The position numbers and the translations under genes are program-made. A stretch of DNA of 64,000 nt from Saccharopolyspora gloriosae (lineage in GTDB: Bacteria; Actinomycetota; Actinomycetes; Mycobacteriales; Pseudonocardiaceae). The notes under the pieces are model-generated. The model was not told where the DNA came from and searched no databases. It saw only the letters and a list, made by a program, of their open reading frames with translations. How positions within the stretch are numbered: position 1 is the first letter of the stretch; each line of letters opens with the position of its first letter. Location: assembly GCF_022828475.1 (NCBI RefSeq), contig NZ_CP059557.1:2463470-2527469 (forward strand), in the 5' to 3' direction. Shown one piece after another: positions 1-10,631 of the stretch.

Positions 1-127
1 CACATTTTCCCAGGTCGTCGCGGCCCCTGAGCTCGGCCGGCCGCCACCCTTCGTGCACGGGTGGCAGCGGTGGGCGACAGCGAAGATCGCAACGCGGCCC
101 GGGCGGTCACTCCCCGGGGACCCCGCC

Positions 128-943
128 TCACGTCCGCCAGCGGGACAGGCGGCGTTCCAGGGTCACCAGGCCCAGGTTGAAGCCCAGCCCCAGCAACGAG
201 ATCGTGATGATCCCGGCGTACATCTCCGGGACCTGGAAGTTGTACTGCGCCATGTTGATCAGGTAGCCGACCCCGGCCTTCGCACCGACCATTTCGGCCG
301 CGACCAGCACCAGGATCGAGTTGGCCGCCGCCAGCCGGACGCCGGTGAACACCATCGGCACCGCGGCGGGCAGTACGACCTTCGTGAACACCGCGAGCGA
401 CCCGAACCCCAGCGACCGCGCGGACTTGATCAGCAGCGGATCAACGGTGCGCACCGCGCTGATGGTGTTGAGCAGGATCGGCCAGGTGCAGGCGAACACG
501 ATCAGCGCGACCTTGGAGGACTCGCCGAGGCCCAGCAGCAGCACGAAGACCGGCAGCAGCGCGAGCGCCGCCGTGTTGCGCATCAGCTCCAGCAGCGGGT
601 TGAGCAGTTCCCCGACCAGTCGGTACCAGCCGATGACGATGCCGAGGGGCACCGCGACGACGATGGCGAGGCTGAAGCCGGCGAGGGACCGGGCGAGACT
701 CGCACCGAGGTGCTCCCAGAGCTGCCCGTTGACCGCGAGTTCCACCCACTTCACCAGGACTTCGCTGACCGGCGGCAGGAAGATGCTGTCGACCAGCCCG
801 ACGCGCGGCGCGAGCTCCCACAGCAGCAGGAACGCCACGATCGCGGCCGAGGACTTCAGCACGCGCCCGGCGACGTGGTGTGCGGGCTTCGCCGGGGTGG
901 CGGTGCTCGCGGAGGTGCGGCGGATGTGAAGGACGTCAGCCAA
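128..943 (-). CDS. ABC transporter permease, sulfonate/nitrate/taurine (SsuC/TauC-like) family
   Basis: 271-aa ORF, six predicted TM segments; sequence pattern typical of BPD_transp_1 permeases of the NitT/TauT family; 3' end overlaps upstream ATPase gene (operon). Confidence 0.8.
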   Translation of the reverse strand: MADVLHIRRTSASTATPAKPAHHVAGRVLKSSAAIVAFLLLWELAPRVGLVDSIFLPPVSEVLVKWVELAVNGQLWEHLGASLARSLAGFSLAIVVAVPLGIVIGWYRLVGELLNPLLELMRNTAALALLPVFVLLLGLGESSKVALIVFACTWPILLNTISAVRTVDPLLIKSARSLGFGSLAVFTKVVLPAAVPMVFTGVRLAAANSILVLVAAEMVGAKAGVGYLINMAQYNFQVPEMYAGIITISLLGLGFNLGLVTLERRLSRWRT

Positions 944-1803
944 TGGAGCTCACCTTGGAGTCGGAGGCCGGCTCGGAGCCGTCCTGGGATGGCCGGGCGG
1001 CGGCCCGTTCTGCTGCCTGCGCGCGGTCGACCTCCGAATGCAGCAGGCTCCAGATCCGGTGGCGGTAGTGGGCGAACTCCGGTGCCGAGCGCAGGTCCGA
1101 GCGCGCGGTGCGGTCACCGAGGTCGATGTCGACGACGGCCTTCACGGTGCCGGGCCGGGAGGTCAGCACCGCCACCCGCTGTCCGAGGTGCACGGCCTCG
1201 TCGATGCCGTGGGTGATGAACACGATCGTCTTGCCGGTGCGCCGCCACAGCCGCAGCAGTTCGTCCTGCAGGGTTTCGCGGGACTGCGCGTCGAGGGCGG
1301 CGAACGGCTCGTCCATCAGCAGCACGTCGGGGTCGAAGGCGAGGCTGCGGGCGATGGCGACGCGCTGCTTCATCCCGCCGGAGAGTTCGTGCGGATACCG
1401 GTCGGCGAAGCCGGAAAGTCCCACCAGATCCAGGTGTTCCAGCGCGCGTTCGCGGCGCTGGGCGGCGGGGATCTTCTTCGCCTCCAGCCCTAATTCCACA
1501 TTGGACGCCGCGGTGCGCCACGGCAGCAGCGCGTACTGCTGGAACACCACGCCGCGGTTCAGCCCTGGCCCGGTGATCGGCGTGCCGTCCAGCAGGATTC
1601 GCCCGCTGGTCGGGGAGTCCAGCCCGCCGAGCAGGTCCAGCAACGTCGACTTGCCGGAGCCGCTGGGGCCGACGATCACGGCGAGCTCACCGGGACGGAT
1701 CCGCAGGTTCACGTCGTGCAGCGCCGTCAGCTCGGTGTCCGGCCGACCGTTGCGACCGGTTACCGGGAACGTCCGGGAAACGCTCTCGAAGATGATCTCT
1801 GCC
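936..1803 (-). CDS. ABC transporter ATP-binding protein (sulfonate/nitrate/taurine family)
   Basis: Walker A GPSGSGKST, ABC signature LSGGMKQRV, Walker B LLMDEPF; longer six-frame ORF trimmed to GTG at 1801-1803 preceded by GGAGA; upstream part of the long ORF overlaps SBP gene in another frame. Confidence 0.85.
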
Positions 1804-1813
1804 ACGGGTCTCC

Positions 1814-2845
1814 TCAGTTCGGTGCGCCCGCGCGGAACGGGTTGAATTCGTTGGTGTAGAGCTTGCGCAGATCGACGGAACCCGGTGGCACGCGGCCACT
1901 CGCGGTCAACCGGCGCAGCCAGGTGCTGAACTCGCGATCCTCGATCAGCCCACCGGCCCCGGCGATGCCGGTGGAGCGCCAGTACGACACGCTGTCGGTG
2001 TCCTCGTTGCGGCCCCGGCGGCGGATGATGTCGGTGTAGCGGGCCACGACCTCTTCGTGCGGCCGGGTCTGCGCCCACCGCACCGCCTGAGCGATCCCCG
2101 CCACGAGCCGGCTGGTCGTGTCCGGGTTCCGGGCGATGAACTCGTCGCGCATCACGAGGCAGCCCGCGGTGAACGGTCCCAGCATGTCGGTGTCGCTGAA
2201 CACCGGCCGCAAACCACCGTGCGCGACCGCCTTCTCCCGTTGGATGTCGGACAGCGCGGAGATGTCCAGCTGCCCGGAGCGCAACGCCTGTTCGGCGCTG
2301 ACCGGCGGCACCACCACCAACTGCACCGAGTCGATCTCCTCCTCGGTGAGCCCGCCGCGTTCCAGGTAGATCGCGAGCACATCCTCGAAGTGCGCCCCGA
2401 GGGTGTTCACGCCGACCTTCGCGTCGATGAAGTCCCGCGGTCCTCGGATCGGACTGCGGTCCAAGGCGTAGTAGCCGCCGTAGGTGCGGACGTCGGAGCC
2501 GTAGTAGCCCACCACCGCTTTGATCGGTGCGCCCGCCGCGGCGAGCCGGATGATGGCGCCGTTGAACGCGCCGCCGATGTCGGTGTCCCCGGTGACGGTG
2601 GCCTGGATGTCCTGCGGACCGCTGGTGGTGTTGCCGATCCACTCCAGCTCCACGCCGTCGAGCAACCCGAGATCCGCGGCCAGCTCGTGGTAAACGACAT
2701 CACCGCTCTGACCCTGGTAGCGCACGACGTTCGTCCGGGGCTCACCGGAGGACGCGCCGGCGCTCGCACATCCACTTAGGACGGACGTGGCGGCGAGGCC
2801 GGACAGGCCGTGCAGCAGGCGGCGTCGGTCGATCTTGATGGGCAC
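1814..2845 (-). CDS. ABC transporter substrate-binding lipoprotein (aliphatic sulfonate/NMT1-like)
   Basis: 343 aa; Tat/lipoprotein-like N-terminus ([20 protein letters not shown]); similarity in pattern to SsuA/NMT1 family; first gene of minus-strand transporter operon. Confidence 0.7.
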   Translation of the reverse strand: MPIKIDRRRLLHGLSGLAATSVLSGCASAGASSGEPRTNVVRYQGQSGDVVYHELAADLGLLDGVELEWIGNTTSGPQDIQATVTGDTDIGGAFNGAIIRLAAAGAPIKAVVGYYGSDVRTYGGYYALDRSPIRGPRDFIDAKVGVNTLGAHFEDVLAIYLERGGLTEEEIDSVQLVVVPPVSAEQALRSGQLDISALSDIQREKAVAHGGLRPVFSDTDMLGPFTAGCLVMRDEFIARNPDTTSRLVAGIAQAVRWAQTRPHEEVVARYTDIIRRRGRNEDTDSVSYWRSTGIAGAGGLIEDREFSTWLRRLTASGRVPPGSVDLRKLYTNEFNPFRAGAPN

Positions 2846-3426
2846 GGGCGGCGCTCGCTTTCAGGGCACCTCACCGGGAGGTGGGTGCTGGTCAGGGAGT
2901 GCTGCGGACATCGCGGGCCACGGCGAGCCGGGCGGGCGCCGCAGGAAGAGCGGATCAGCGTGGGAGACCGGGCTTCAACGACACCGGGTGCCGGGCGCGT
3001 GACCGCAGTCCACGCGACGGCGCCGCACGAGGTCAGATCCGGCTGTCATGCCACCGATGGAAACCGGTGCGTCGGGCGGCCGTCAAGATCGCCGGCGGAT
3101 TCACCGGCAGGCTTCCGAATGCCGGGAAGTTCCGCGGTTCGATTGACGGGTTCTCCCGCCCGTGTTTGCATCCAGCGTATGAGGCAGACGCCGCTCCTGG
3201 TGTTCCGCGGGCACATCGACCTGCTGCGCGTCGCCTCCGCGGGTTGTCCCTGCGGCTGAGCCGCCCAGTGTTCCCCGCGTGCGGGGGTGATCGCACGTTT
3301 TCTGATGTTCTCCGGCTCGAATCGCCGAGCGATCTCGGAGCCGTTTCTCGCCGTCCGATGCCGTTGTGCCTTGCTGCGCGCGGTCTTCACGTCGCGGCGC
3401 CACACCACACAGGCAGGAGCAACAAC

Positions 3427-4341
3427 ATGACCAGCTCGAAGCTGAACTCGGACGTGCGCCGCGTCGCCGGGCGCATCGGAGCCGAGATCACCGGCGTGCA
3501 GCTGACCGGGCGCCTCACGAGCGAGACCGTCGAGCACATCCGAAACGCCCTGCTGACGCACAAAGTCGTCTTCTTCCGCGGCCAGCACGACCTCACCGAC
3601 GACGAGCAGGTCGAGTTCGCGAAGCGGCTCGGCGTCGTGACCACCGCCCATCCGACGGTCCCGGGGGCGGACAACGCCGCGCACGTGCTCCCGCTGGACG
3701 CGGACAAGGGCGCGCGGGCCAACTCCTGGCACACCGACGTCACGTTCGTGGAGAACCCGCCTGCGTTCTCCGTGCTGCGAGCGGTGACGATTCCGCCCTA
3801 CGGCGGGGACACGGTGTGGGCGAACACGGTCGCGGCTTACGACGGGCTCTCCCCTGAACTGCGGCAGCTGGCCGCCCGGCTCTGGGCGCTGCACACCAAC
3901 GCCTACGACTACGCGGCGAAACGTCCGAACCCGACGGAGGCGGAGCAGGCGCGGCACGAGCAGTTCGTCTCGACCGTCTACGAGACCGAACACCCGGCGG
4001 TGCGCGTGCACCCCGAAACGGGGGAGCGCTCACTGCTGCTCGGGCATTTCGTGCAGCGGTTCCTAGGCTTCGGCAAGACGGATTCGGCGCGACTGTTCGA
4101 CCTGCTGCAATCGCACGTGACGGAGTTGGAGAACACCGTGCGCTGGCGGTGGGCTCCGGGTGACGTGGCGATCTGGGACAACCGGGCGACCCAGCACTAC
4201 GCGGTCAACGATTACGGCGACCTGGCCCGCAAGGTCAACCGGGTCACGGTGGCCGGGGACGTGCCCGTCGACGTCGCGGGCAAGCGCAGCGTCGCCCGCC
4301 AAGGCGACGCCACCGCCTATTCCGCCGGGACGGTTTCGTAG
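3427..4341 (+). CDS. TauD/TfdA-family alpha-ketoglutarate-dependent (taurine/sulfonate) dioxygenase
   Basis: 305 aa from ATG 3427 (GGAG upstream); motifs WHTDVTF, HxD...H spacing and C-terminal RxxxxxH...W..NR characteristic of TauD. Confidence 0.85.
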   Translation: MTSSKLNSDVRRVAGRIGAEITGVQLTGRLTSETVEHIRNALLTHKVVFFRGQHDLTDDEQVEFAKRLGVVTTAHPTVPGADNAAHVLPLDADKGARANSWHTDVTFVENPPAFSVLRAVTIPPYGGDTVWANTVAAYDGLSPELRQLAARLWALHTNAYDYAAKRPNPTEAEQARHEQFVSTVYETEHPAVRVHPETGERSLLLGHFVQRFLGFGKTDSARLFDLLQSHVTELENTVRWRWAPGDVAIWDNRATQHYAVNDYGDLARKVNRVTVAGDVPVDVAGKRSVARQGDATAYSAGTVS

Positions 4342-4421
4342 GTCCTGCGTAGGTGTCCGGGTTAACTCAGCGGCTTTGCTCGCTGCGGGATCTTTTCCCG
4401 GGTGCTCTGCCATGAGGGAAG

Positions 4422-4530
4422 AGCCGTCCTCACGAGGAAGCCGCCGAGAACCCGCCCGTGGTCATTGTGCTCGGGTGATCACTGCTCGTCGGCTTCGCCG
4501 CTGACCAGAATCAGATCAGAAGATCATTGT
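4422..4530 (+). repeat. dispersed ~100-nt intergenic repeat, copy A
   Basis: GCCGTCCTCACGAGGAAGCCGCCGAGAACCCGCCCGTGGTC...GCTCGTCGGCTTCGCCGCTGACCAGAATCAGATCAGAAGATCATTGT; aligns with copies at 25.8 kb and 35.7 kb. Confidence 0.6.
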
Positions 4531-4644
4531 TCGCGGACCCCTGGGAGATCGTGCGTCCTTCCGGCTCCGAGCGGCCGGTAGGGCGCGTGGAACCGTCCGC
4601 ATTCCAGGCGATCCATAGTGGACCGACAGATGTGAAGGAACTCC

Positions 4645-5988
4645 ATGTCGCAACGTCGACTGCACCTCAATGCCTTCCTGATGAACGTGGGACACCACGA
4701 GGCCGCGTGGCGGCTGCCGGAGAGCGATCCGTTCGCGGCGACCAGACTGGAGCACTACGTGCAGCTGGCTCAGGCGGCGGAGCGGGGCACGTTCGACTCG
4801 GTGTTCCTCGCCGACAGCCCGGCGGTGCGCGCGGACGTGGGGCAGCGCCCGGCGGTCGGGCTGGAACCGACGTTGCTGTTGACGGCGCTCGCCACGGCCA
4901 CCAGCCGGGTCGGGCTGATCGCCACCGCGTCGACGACCTACGACCAGCCGTACAACCTGGCCCGCCGATTCTCCGCGCTGGACCACCTCAGCGGCGGCCG
5001 TGCCGGGTGGAACATCGTCACCAACGCGACGGTGGAGGCGGCACGGAACTTCAACCTCGACGAGCTGCCCACGCACGGCGAGCGCTACCGGCGTGCCACG
5101 GAATTCGTCGAGGTGACGCGGAAACTCTGGGACAGCTGGGAAGACGATGCCCAGGTCGGCGACAAGTCCGGCGTGTGGGCGGAAGCCGCGCGGGTGCATC
5201 CGATCGGCCACCGCGGTGAGTTCTTCTCCGTAGACGGGCCGTTGAACTCGCCCAGGTCGCCGCAAGGCGCCCCGCTGCTGGTGCAGGCCGGATCGTCCGA
5301 GGACGGCAAGGATCTCGCCGCCCGCTACGCCGAGGCGGTGTTCACCGCGCAGCAGACCTTGAACGAGGGCAAGGCGTTCTACGCGGACCTCAAGCAGCGC
5401 GCTACGGAGCACCGCCGCGACCCCGCCGAGATCAAGATCCTGCCCGGCATCGTCCCGGTGCTCGGTTCGACCGAATCCGCGGCCAGGCGCAAGGAATCCG
5501 AGCTCACCGACCGCATCGTGCACGGGTACGCGCTCGAACGGCTGGCGAGCACGCTGGGCATCGAGCTCGGTGAGCAGGACCTGGACCGGCCGCTGCCGGA
5601 CGACCTGCCGGGGGAGGACCGGATCGAGACGGCCAAGAGCCGCTACACGCTCGTCGTCGACCTGGCGCGACGGGAGAACCTGACCGTGCGCGAGATCATC
5701 CACCGTCTCGGTGGCGGCCGCGGGCACCGCACGTTCACCGGAACGCCGGAGCAGGTCGCCGACACCATCGAGCACTGGTTCACCGCCGGTGCGGCCGACG
5801 GTTTCAACGTCATGCCCGCGGTGCTGCCCGCCGGGCTGGACGACTTCGTGGATCACGTCGTGCCGATCCTGCGCGCCCGCGGCCTGTTCCGGGAGGAGTA
5901 CGAAGGACGGACGCTGCGCGAGCACTACGGCCTGTGCCGGCCGGTGAACCGGTTCGCGGCCGACGCGGGATCCGCGTCGCGGAGCTGA
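4645..5988 (+). CDS. LLM-class FMNH2-dependent monooxygenase (NtaA/SnaA/DszA family)
   Basis: 447 aa; N-terminal MSQRRLHLNAFLMNVGHHEAAWR characteristic of nitrilotriacetate monooxygenase component A family; sits in sulfur-scavenging context. Confidence 0.85.
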   Translation: MSQRRLHLNAFLMNVGHHEAAWRLPESDPFAATRLEHYVQLAQAAERGTFDSVFLADSPAVRADVGQRPAVGLEPTLLLTALATATSRVGLIATASTTYDQPYNLARRFSALDHLSGGRAGWNIVTNATVEAARNFNLDELPTHGERYRRATEFVEVTRKLWDSWEDDAQVGDKSGVWAEAARVHPIGHRGEFFSVDGPLNSPRSPQGAPLLVQAGSSEDGKDLAARYAEAVFTAQQTLNEGKAFYADLKQRATEHRRDPAEIKILPGIVPVLGSTESAARRKESELTDRIVHGYALERLASTLGIELGEQDLDRPLPDDLPGEDRIETAKSRYTLVVDLARRENLTVREIIHRLGGGRGHRTFTGTPEQVADTIEHWFTAGAADGFNVMPAVLPAGLDDFVDHVVPILRARGLFREEYEGRTLREHYGLCRPVNRFAADAGSASRS

Positions 5989-6038
5989 GCGGCGGGATTC
6001 GGCGAGCGTCGGGGAGGCGTCGCCCCGGCGAAACGAAA

Positions 6039-6073
6039 CGGCCGCCGCGCCTCGGGAAGGGACGCGGCGGCCG
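6039..6073. terminator. bidirectional stem-loop between convergent genes
   Basis: Perfect 11-nt inverted repeat CGGCCGCCGCG ... CGCGGCGGCCG with 13-nt loop, located between the stops of the LLM monooxygenase (+) and DedA (-) genes; no U-tract (common in actinomycetes). Confidence 0.5.
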
Positions 6074-6091
6074 CCGGGAAGTTCGGGCGGA

Positions 6092-7018
6092 TCAGGCCTG
6101 CTGCTGCTCGGCCTGCTGCTGCCGCTTCTTCTCCTGCTCCTGCTTGTGGCCCTTGCGGCCTGCCTGGATCGACACCCAGACGACGAGGGCCAGCGTGATG
6201 TACAAGGCGTAGTCGTCGATCATCAGGACGACGTTGACGGCGTGCTGCCCGATTCCGTAGCCGAGACCGGCGACCAGGCCCGCGATCAGCGCGGCGCCGA
6301 TCGCGTCGAAGATCAGGAAAGACACCAGGCCGATCCCGCTCAGCCCCGCCACGGCGAACACGGCCGGAGCCGGAACGCCGGGCAGCGCGGCGAAGATGAC
6401 GACGAGCGGCATCGCCCACCGCGGCCAGGACTGCACGCGCGCCACGAACCGCTTGCCGAACTCACCCGGCGCCCACAGCTCGATGATCTTCGCGCCCCAT
6501 CGGCGTCCGGCGAGCCAGAACAGCCAGTCGAACTTGACCATGCCGAACACGCCGGCGGCGACGACGAGCCACAGGTCCGCGTCCCCGATGCGGGCGAACG
6601 CCGCGCCCGCGCCGATCGCGGAGAGGCTGCCGGTGACCGCGCTGAGCGCGAGCGGGTGCGAGGCGATCAGGAACGGCCGGAACGGCATCGAGGCCATCAT
6701 CAGCAGCACGATGCCCAAGGTCGCGAACACCAGGAACTTGTCACCGCGCGACATCGGGTGGTCCCACGGCATCTGGTCGCGGAACGTCTGCCGGGCCTCT
6801 TCCAGCTCTTCCGGCGTGTAGTCCTTGCTCCGCCAGCGGAACCGCTTCTTCGCCGCCGCGGGCGCGGCCGGCTGGTCCGGAGCGGTTCCTGCCGGTTCCT
6901 CGGTGGTCGGGGCGCCTCCGGTTGCGTCTCCGGTCGGCACGCGCAGGAACGGGGCCGTCTCACTCTCCGGCCCGAGCTCCTGCTGCTTGCGGCCTACACC
7001 AGTCATGTCTCTCCTCAT
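6092..7018 (-). CDS. DedA/SNARE-associated (VTT domain) family membrane protein
   Basis: Motif VFGMVKFDWLFWLAGRRWG typical of DedA family; multiple TM helices; charged K/Q/E-rich C-terminal tail. Start could be the downstream Met (MTGVGRK). Confidence 0.6.
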   Translation of the reverse strand: MRRDMTGVGRKQQELGPESETAPFLRVPTGDATGGAPTTEEPAGTAPDQPAAPAAAKKRFRWRSKDYTPEELEEARQTFRDQMPWDHPMSRGDKFLVFATLGIVLLMMASMPFRPFLIASHPLALSAVTGSLSAIGAGAAFARIGDADLWLVVAAGVFGMVKFDWLFWLAGRRWGAKIIELWAPGEFGKRFVARVQSWPRWAMPLVVIFAALPGVPAPAVFAVAGLSGIGLVSFLIFDAIGAALIAGLVAGLGYGIGQHAVNVVLMIDDYALYITLALVVWVSIQAGRKGHKQEQEKKRQQQAEQQQA

Positions 7019-7330
7019 TACTTCCAGTACCCCCTCGATGCGGCGAGGGGACGTTCGATCACGTGCTGCGCGAGGCGGCTGACCGAGCGACCCGAACGCC
7101 TCATCGGGGAGCAGTGTCGACTATGCCGCAGCGGCATGGACAAGCGAGTTCCTCGCTTGATCCACGTGTTGCCGGTCACAGTTGTCGCCGGGTCCGGATC
7201 CCGGCCGGGTGACGGGCGTCTTCAGGTGAGGTCAGTGGTGCGGGGGAGACGTTTCAAGGTGCTCCGGGCCGAGAATCGATCAGTCGGCTGTGGACGGTGT
7301 CCGACTTTGCGCGCTTTTGATCTTGCCGGT

Positions 7331-7687
7331 ATGTTGCGTGGCATGGTTCCGGAGGAGAGTGCCGTTCTCACCCATCTGCGGCGCGGTGTGCTGGAGTACT
7401 GCATCCTCGCGATGATCGACGTCGAACCCTTGTACGGCCTCGACATCGCGCGCAGGCTCAGTGCGCACGACGTCCTGCTGCAGAGCGAAGGGACGCTGTA
7501 CCCGCTGCTCGCCCGCCTCCGGCGGCAGGGGCTCGTGGAGACCAGCCAAGTGAAGTCAATGACCGGCCCGCCGCGCCGCTACTACGCGCTCACCACGGCG
7601 GGCAGAACGGCGTTGGACACCTTCCGTTCCACCTGGCCTGCCTTTCGCAGCGCCGTCGATTCCGCCATGACAGGAGAACGATCGTGA
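7331..7687 (+). CDS. PadR family transcriptional regulator
   Basis: 118 aa; winged-HTH motif LEYCILAMI...YGLDIARRL...EGTLYPLLARLRRQGLV...RRYYALT is PadR signature; stop overlaps next gene (ATGA). Confidence 0.9.
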   Translation: MLRGMVPEESAVLTHLRRGVLEYCILAMIDVEPLYGLDIARRLSAHDVLLQSEGTLYPLLARLRRQGLVETSQVKSMTGPPRRYYALTTAGRTALDTFRSTWPAFRSAVDSAMTGERS

Positions 7688-8316
7688 CCAAGACCCATGT
7701 CCGCGTGAACATCTACCTGGAAGAGCTCAACCACTTGTTGCGGCACGCGCCCACTTCCGTTCGCCGGGACGTGATCGCCGGAGTGCACGAGCACTTCGAC
7801 GCCGGCGTGGCCCCCGACGCGGATTCCGCGACCGTCGACGACGCGATCGCGCGGATGGGCACGCCCGAACAGGTCGCCGCCGCCGCGGGATTCGAGCCAG
7901 GCCACGCGCAGGCCGCCCGGCAAGGTTCCGTCCTAGCCGCCGCGCTGGCCTGTGCCCTGCTGGCGGGCGCGGGTGCGCTCACCTTCCTCGTGGGCGGCCT
8001 CGCCGGGTTGTCGGCCGGGTTCGACGCCGATCCCGATTGGGAGATCTCCGGCGCCACGATGGCGGCCGCCATCGTCCTCTCGTTCGGCGCGTGGGCCGGT
8101 GGTTCCGTGCTCGCCGCCGTGAACCGGTCCTGGTCGAAGCGCCAGAAGGGCTTGCTGGTCGCCTCCTGGCCGGCGTCGCTCCTCGTCTCCGAGCTCTGCT
8201 TGCTGCCCACCGGACCGAACTTCGAGCTCAACATCGTCAGCTTCATCGTGCACGGGATCGTCGGGCTGCTCTACGTCGTCGCCATCGCGAAACTCTGGTT
8301 CGCGACTCGGGAATGA
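7684..8316 (+). CDS. PadR-associated membrane protein (DUF1700/HAAS-like)
   Basis: 210 aa, N-terminal soluble helix segment then 4 TM helices; translationally coupled to PadR gene. Confidence 0.5.
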   Translation: MTKTHVRVNIYLEELNHLLRHAPTSVRRDVIAGVHEHFDAGVAPDADSATVDDAIARMGTPEQVAAAAGFEPGHAQAARQGSVLAAALACALLAGAGALTFLVGGLAGLSAGFDADPDWEISGATMAAAIVLSFGAWAGGSVLAAVNRSWSKRQKGLLVASWPASLLVSELCLLPTGPNFELNIVSFIVHGIVGLLYVVAIAKLWFATRE

Positions 8317-8419
8317 GCGCCCGGCCGAGCGTTCCGGATCACTTGGAGCGGCGTCCGCGCGTCGTGGGGCCGTCGTGTTTCCCGCAACGACAGGGCGATC
8401 CCGGAATCGGGGCCGTGGA

Positions 8420-9013
8420 TTACTCCGGGTCGCCCTTGTCCGCGCAGCAGCTGGACATGCCGCGCCACAGCAGGTCGATGAGGGATTCGGTCTGTGCGCG
8501 CCAAGGGCCGCGCTGGTCGAGGAAGAGGAGGCCGCCGAGGCCGTGCAGCACGGTCTCCGGGTCGAGGTCCGCGCGCACCGTCCCCGCTTCGGCGTTGGCC
8601 GCGAGCAGTGTCGCGAGCGAGCCGACCATCGCCTCGTGCGCGCTCTTGGGGAGTTCTCCGCGTGCGGCGGTGGCGGCGCTGAGCGCGTTCGCGAGTCCTC
8701 GCTTGGTCATCATGTAGTGCGCCAGGTGATCGGTCGTCCACACCCGGAACGCTTCCTCCGGGGGATGCGACTCCAGCAGGCTGGGCACCACGTCGACCAG
8801 TTGCCGCACCTCCCGCTGGTAGACGGCGAGAATGAGGTCCTCCGGGGCGGGGAAGTGGCGGTAGACGGTGCCGACGCCGACTCCGGCCTGCTTGGCGATG
8901 GCGTTGAACGACACCTCGCCTGAGCTCGTCAGCGACTCCGCGGCCGCCGCGAGGATGAGCTCGTGGTTGCGTCGCGTGTCCGCGCGCCGGTGGTTCACCG
9001 CGCCGGTCCCCAT
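8420..9013 (-). CDS. TetR/AcrR family transcriptional regulator
   Basis: 197 aa; N-terminal HTH SFNAIAKQAGVGVGTVYRHFPAPEDL is canonical TetR_N. Confidence 0.9.
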   Translation of the reverse strand: MGTGAVNHRRADTRRNHELILAAAAESLTSSGEVSFNAIAKQAGVGVGTVYRHFPAPEDLILAVYQREVRQLVDVVPSLLESHPPEEAFRVWTTDHLAHYMMTKRGLANALSAATAARGELPKSAHEAMVGSLATLLAANAEAGTVRADLDPETVLHGLGGLLFLDQRGPWRAQTESLIDLLWRGMSSCCADKGDPE

Positions 9014-9089
9014 CGTTCCTCCTTCTCCCGCTCTGCTGTGGAGAGCCTCCTGACCTGCACGGATCGTCCGGGGTCATGGTTCGTTGCCG

Positions 9090-9139
9090 AGCGGATACTA
9101 ATCCGCTAGCCTCGATGAAGACAGCGGATTTTTATCCGG
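9090..9139. promoter_or_regulatory. two adjacent palindromes in tetR / molybdoenzyme divergent intergenic region (candidate TetR operators)
   Basis: AGCGGATACTAATCCGCT (9090-9107, perfect 7-nt arms) and AGCGGATTTTTATCCGG (9123-9139, near-perfect) share the half-site GCGGAT/ATCCGC. Confidence 0.4.
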
Positions 9140-9232
9140 TTGTTGGCGCGGCGTCGTTGTCGGCGTGGCCGCCGCCCCCACCACATCATGCCGCCCGTCT
9201 CCGGGGCGGAGTACCAGCGGAGAAGAGTTCCC

Positions 9233-9685
9233 TTGCACATCTCATTGGAAGTCAACGGCAGCCCGGAGCAGCTCGACGCCGAACCCGGCGTGACGCTGCT
9301 GGACGCGCTGCGCGAACGGCTCGACATCACCGGGCCGAAAAAGGGCTGCGATCGGGGCCAGTGCGGTGCGTGCACCGTGCACGTCGGCGGTCGTCCCGTG
9401 CTCTCCTGCCTCACGCTCGCGGCCACCGTGAAGGAGCCCGTGACCACTGTGGAGGGTCTGGCCGAGGGTGCGGAGCTGACGCCGTTGCAGCAGGCGTTCG
9501 TCGACCAGGACGCGATGCAGTGCGGCTTCTGCACTTCCGGGCAGATCATGTCGGCCTCGGCCGCGATCGAGCAGGACGTCACCGACGTCCGCGAGTTCAT
9601 GTCCGGCAACCTGTGCCGCTGCTCGGCCTACCCGAACATCATCGCCGCGATCGACCAAGCGAGGCGCTCCGATGCGACCCTTTGA
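9233..9685 (+). CDS. (2Fe-2S)-binding small subunit of xanthine dehydrogenase/aldehyde oxidoreductase family (CoxS/YagT-like)
   Basis: Cys motifs [11 protein letters not shown] and CGFCTSG...CRC; start set at TTG 9233 after GGAGAAGAG; upstream ATG 9188 possible. Confidence 0.85.
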   Translation: MHISLEVNGSPEQLDAEPGVTLLDALRERLDITGPKKGCDRGQCGACTVHVGGRPVLSCLTLAATVKEPVTTVEGLAEGAELTPLQQAFVDQDAMQCGFCTSGQIMSASAAIEQDVTDVREFMSGNLCRCSAYPNIIAAIDQARRSDATL

Positions 9686-10631
9686 ATTGGCCACCCCTGG
9701 TTCCCTCGACGCCGCCACCGCGGAACCGGCGACCTACCTGGCAGGCGGAACGACGCTGGTCGACCTGATGAAGCTCAACGTCCTGACCCCGCAACGGGTT
9801 CTGGACATCAACGAGCTGCCGCTGCGCGGGCTCGACTCCGAGGACGGGCTGCGGATCGGCGCGCTGGAGCGGATGAGCGACATCGCCGCGCACCCGGACG
9901 TCTACCCGATGATCTCGCGGGCGTTGCTGCTGAGCGCTTCGCAGCAGCTGCGCAACATGGCCAGCATCGGTGGGAACCTGCTGCAGCGAACCCGGTGCAC
10001 GTACTTCCGCGATGTCGCGATGCCGTGCAACAAGCGTGAACCGGGCAGCGGCTGCCCGGCGCTGGTGGGTGCGAACCGGATGCACGCGGTGCTGGGCACC
10101 AGCGACTCCTGCGCGGCCACCCACGCCAGCGACGTCGCGGTGGCCTTCACCGCGCTGGACGCCGAGGTCCGGTTGCTGGGCTCGGAGGGGTCGCGCACGG
10201 TGCCGCTGGCGGAGTTCTACCGGCTGCCGGGGGACACTCCCGAGGTCGAGAACGACCTGCGGCCGGGTGAACTGATCACCGAGGTGGTGGTCCCTCGGCT
10301 GGACTGGGCCGCGAACTCCACCTACGTGAAGGTGCGGGACCGGCAGTCCTACGAGTTCGCGCTGTCCTCGGCCGCCGTCGCACTGGACGTGCGCGACGAC
10401 CGCATCGCCGACTCGCGGGTCGCGGTCGGCGGCGTGGCCACCGTCCCGTGGCGGCTGCACGCCGTCGAGGAGGCGTTGCGCGGCGCCCCTGTGGCCGAGG
10501 AGTCCTTCGAGCGCGCCGCCGACGCGGCCGTGGCGGGAGCTCGGACGCGGGGCGCGAACGGGTTCAAGCCCGCCCTGCTGAAGCGGACCGTGGTCCGCGC
10601 GCTGCTCGAACTGACCGAGGGGAGCCGCTGA
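9672..10631 (+). CDS. FAD-binding molybdopterin dehydrogenase medium subunit (CoxM/XdhB-like)
   Basis: 319 aa; FAD_binding_5 pattern ([13 protein letters not shown]); overlaps small subunit end and large subunit start (coupled). Confidence 0.85.
   Translation: MRPFELATPGSLDAATAEPATYLAGGTTLVDLMKLNVLTPQRVLDINELPLRGLDSEDGLRIGALERMSDIAAHPDVYPMISRALLLSASQQLRNMASIGGNLLQRTRCTYFRDVAMPCNKREPGSGCPALVGANRMHAVLGTSDSCAATHASDVAVAFTALDAEVRLLGSEGSRTVPLAEFYRLPGDTPEVENDLRPGELITEVVVPRLDWAANSTYVKVRDRQSYEFALSSAAVALDVRDDRIADSRVAVGGVATVPWRLHAVEEALRGAPVAEESFERAADAAVAGARTRGANGFKPALLKRTVVRALLELTEGSR

Noticed and set aside
936-2642. 568-aa extension of the ABC ATPase ORF
   Set aside because: The N-terminal 280 codons overlap the substrate-binding protein gene in another frame and are His/Arg/Gly junk; trimmed to GTG 1803 with RBS.
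6146-7687. 513-aa plus-strand ORF
   Set aside because: Only the last 118 codons (PadR) are coding; the remainder is antisense to the DedA gene and compositionally nonsense.
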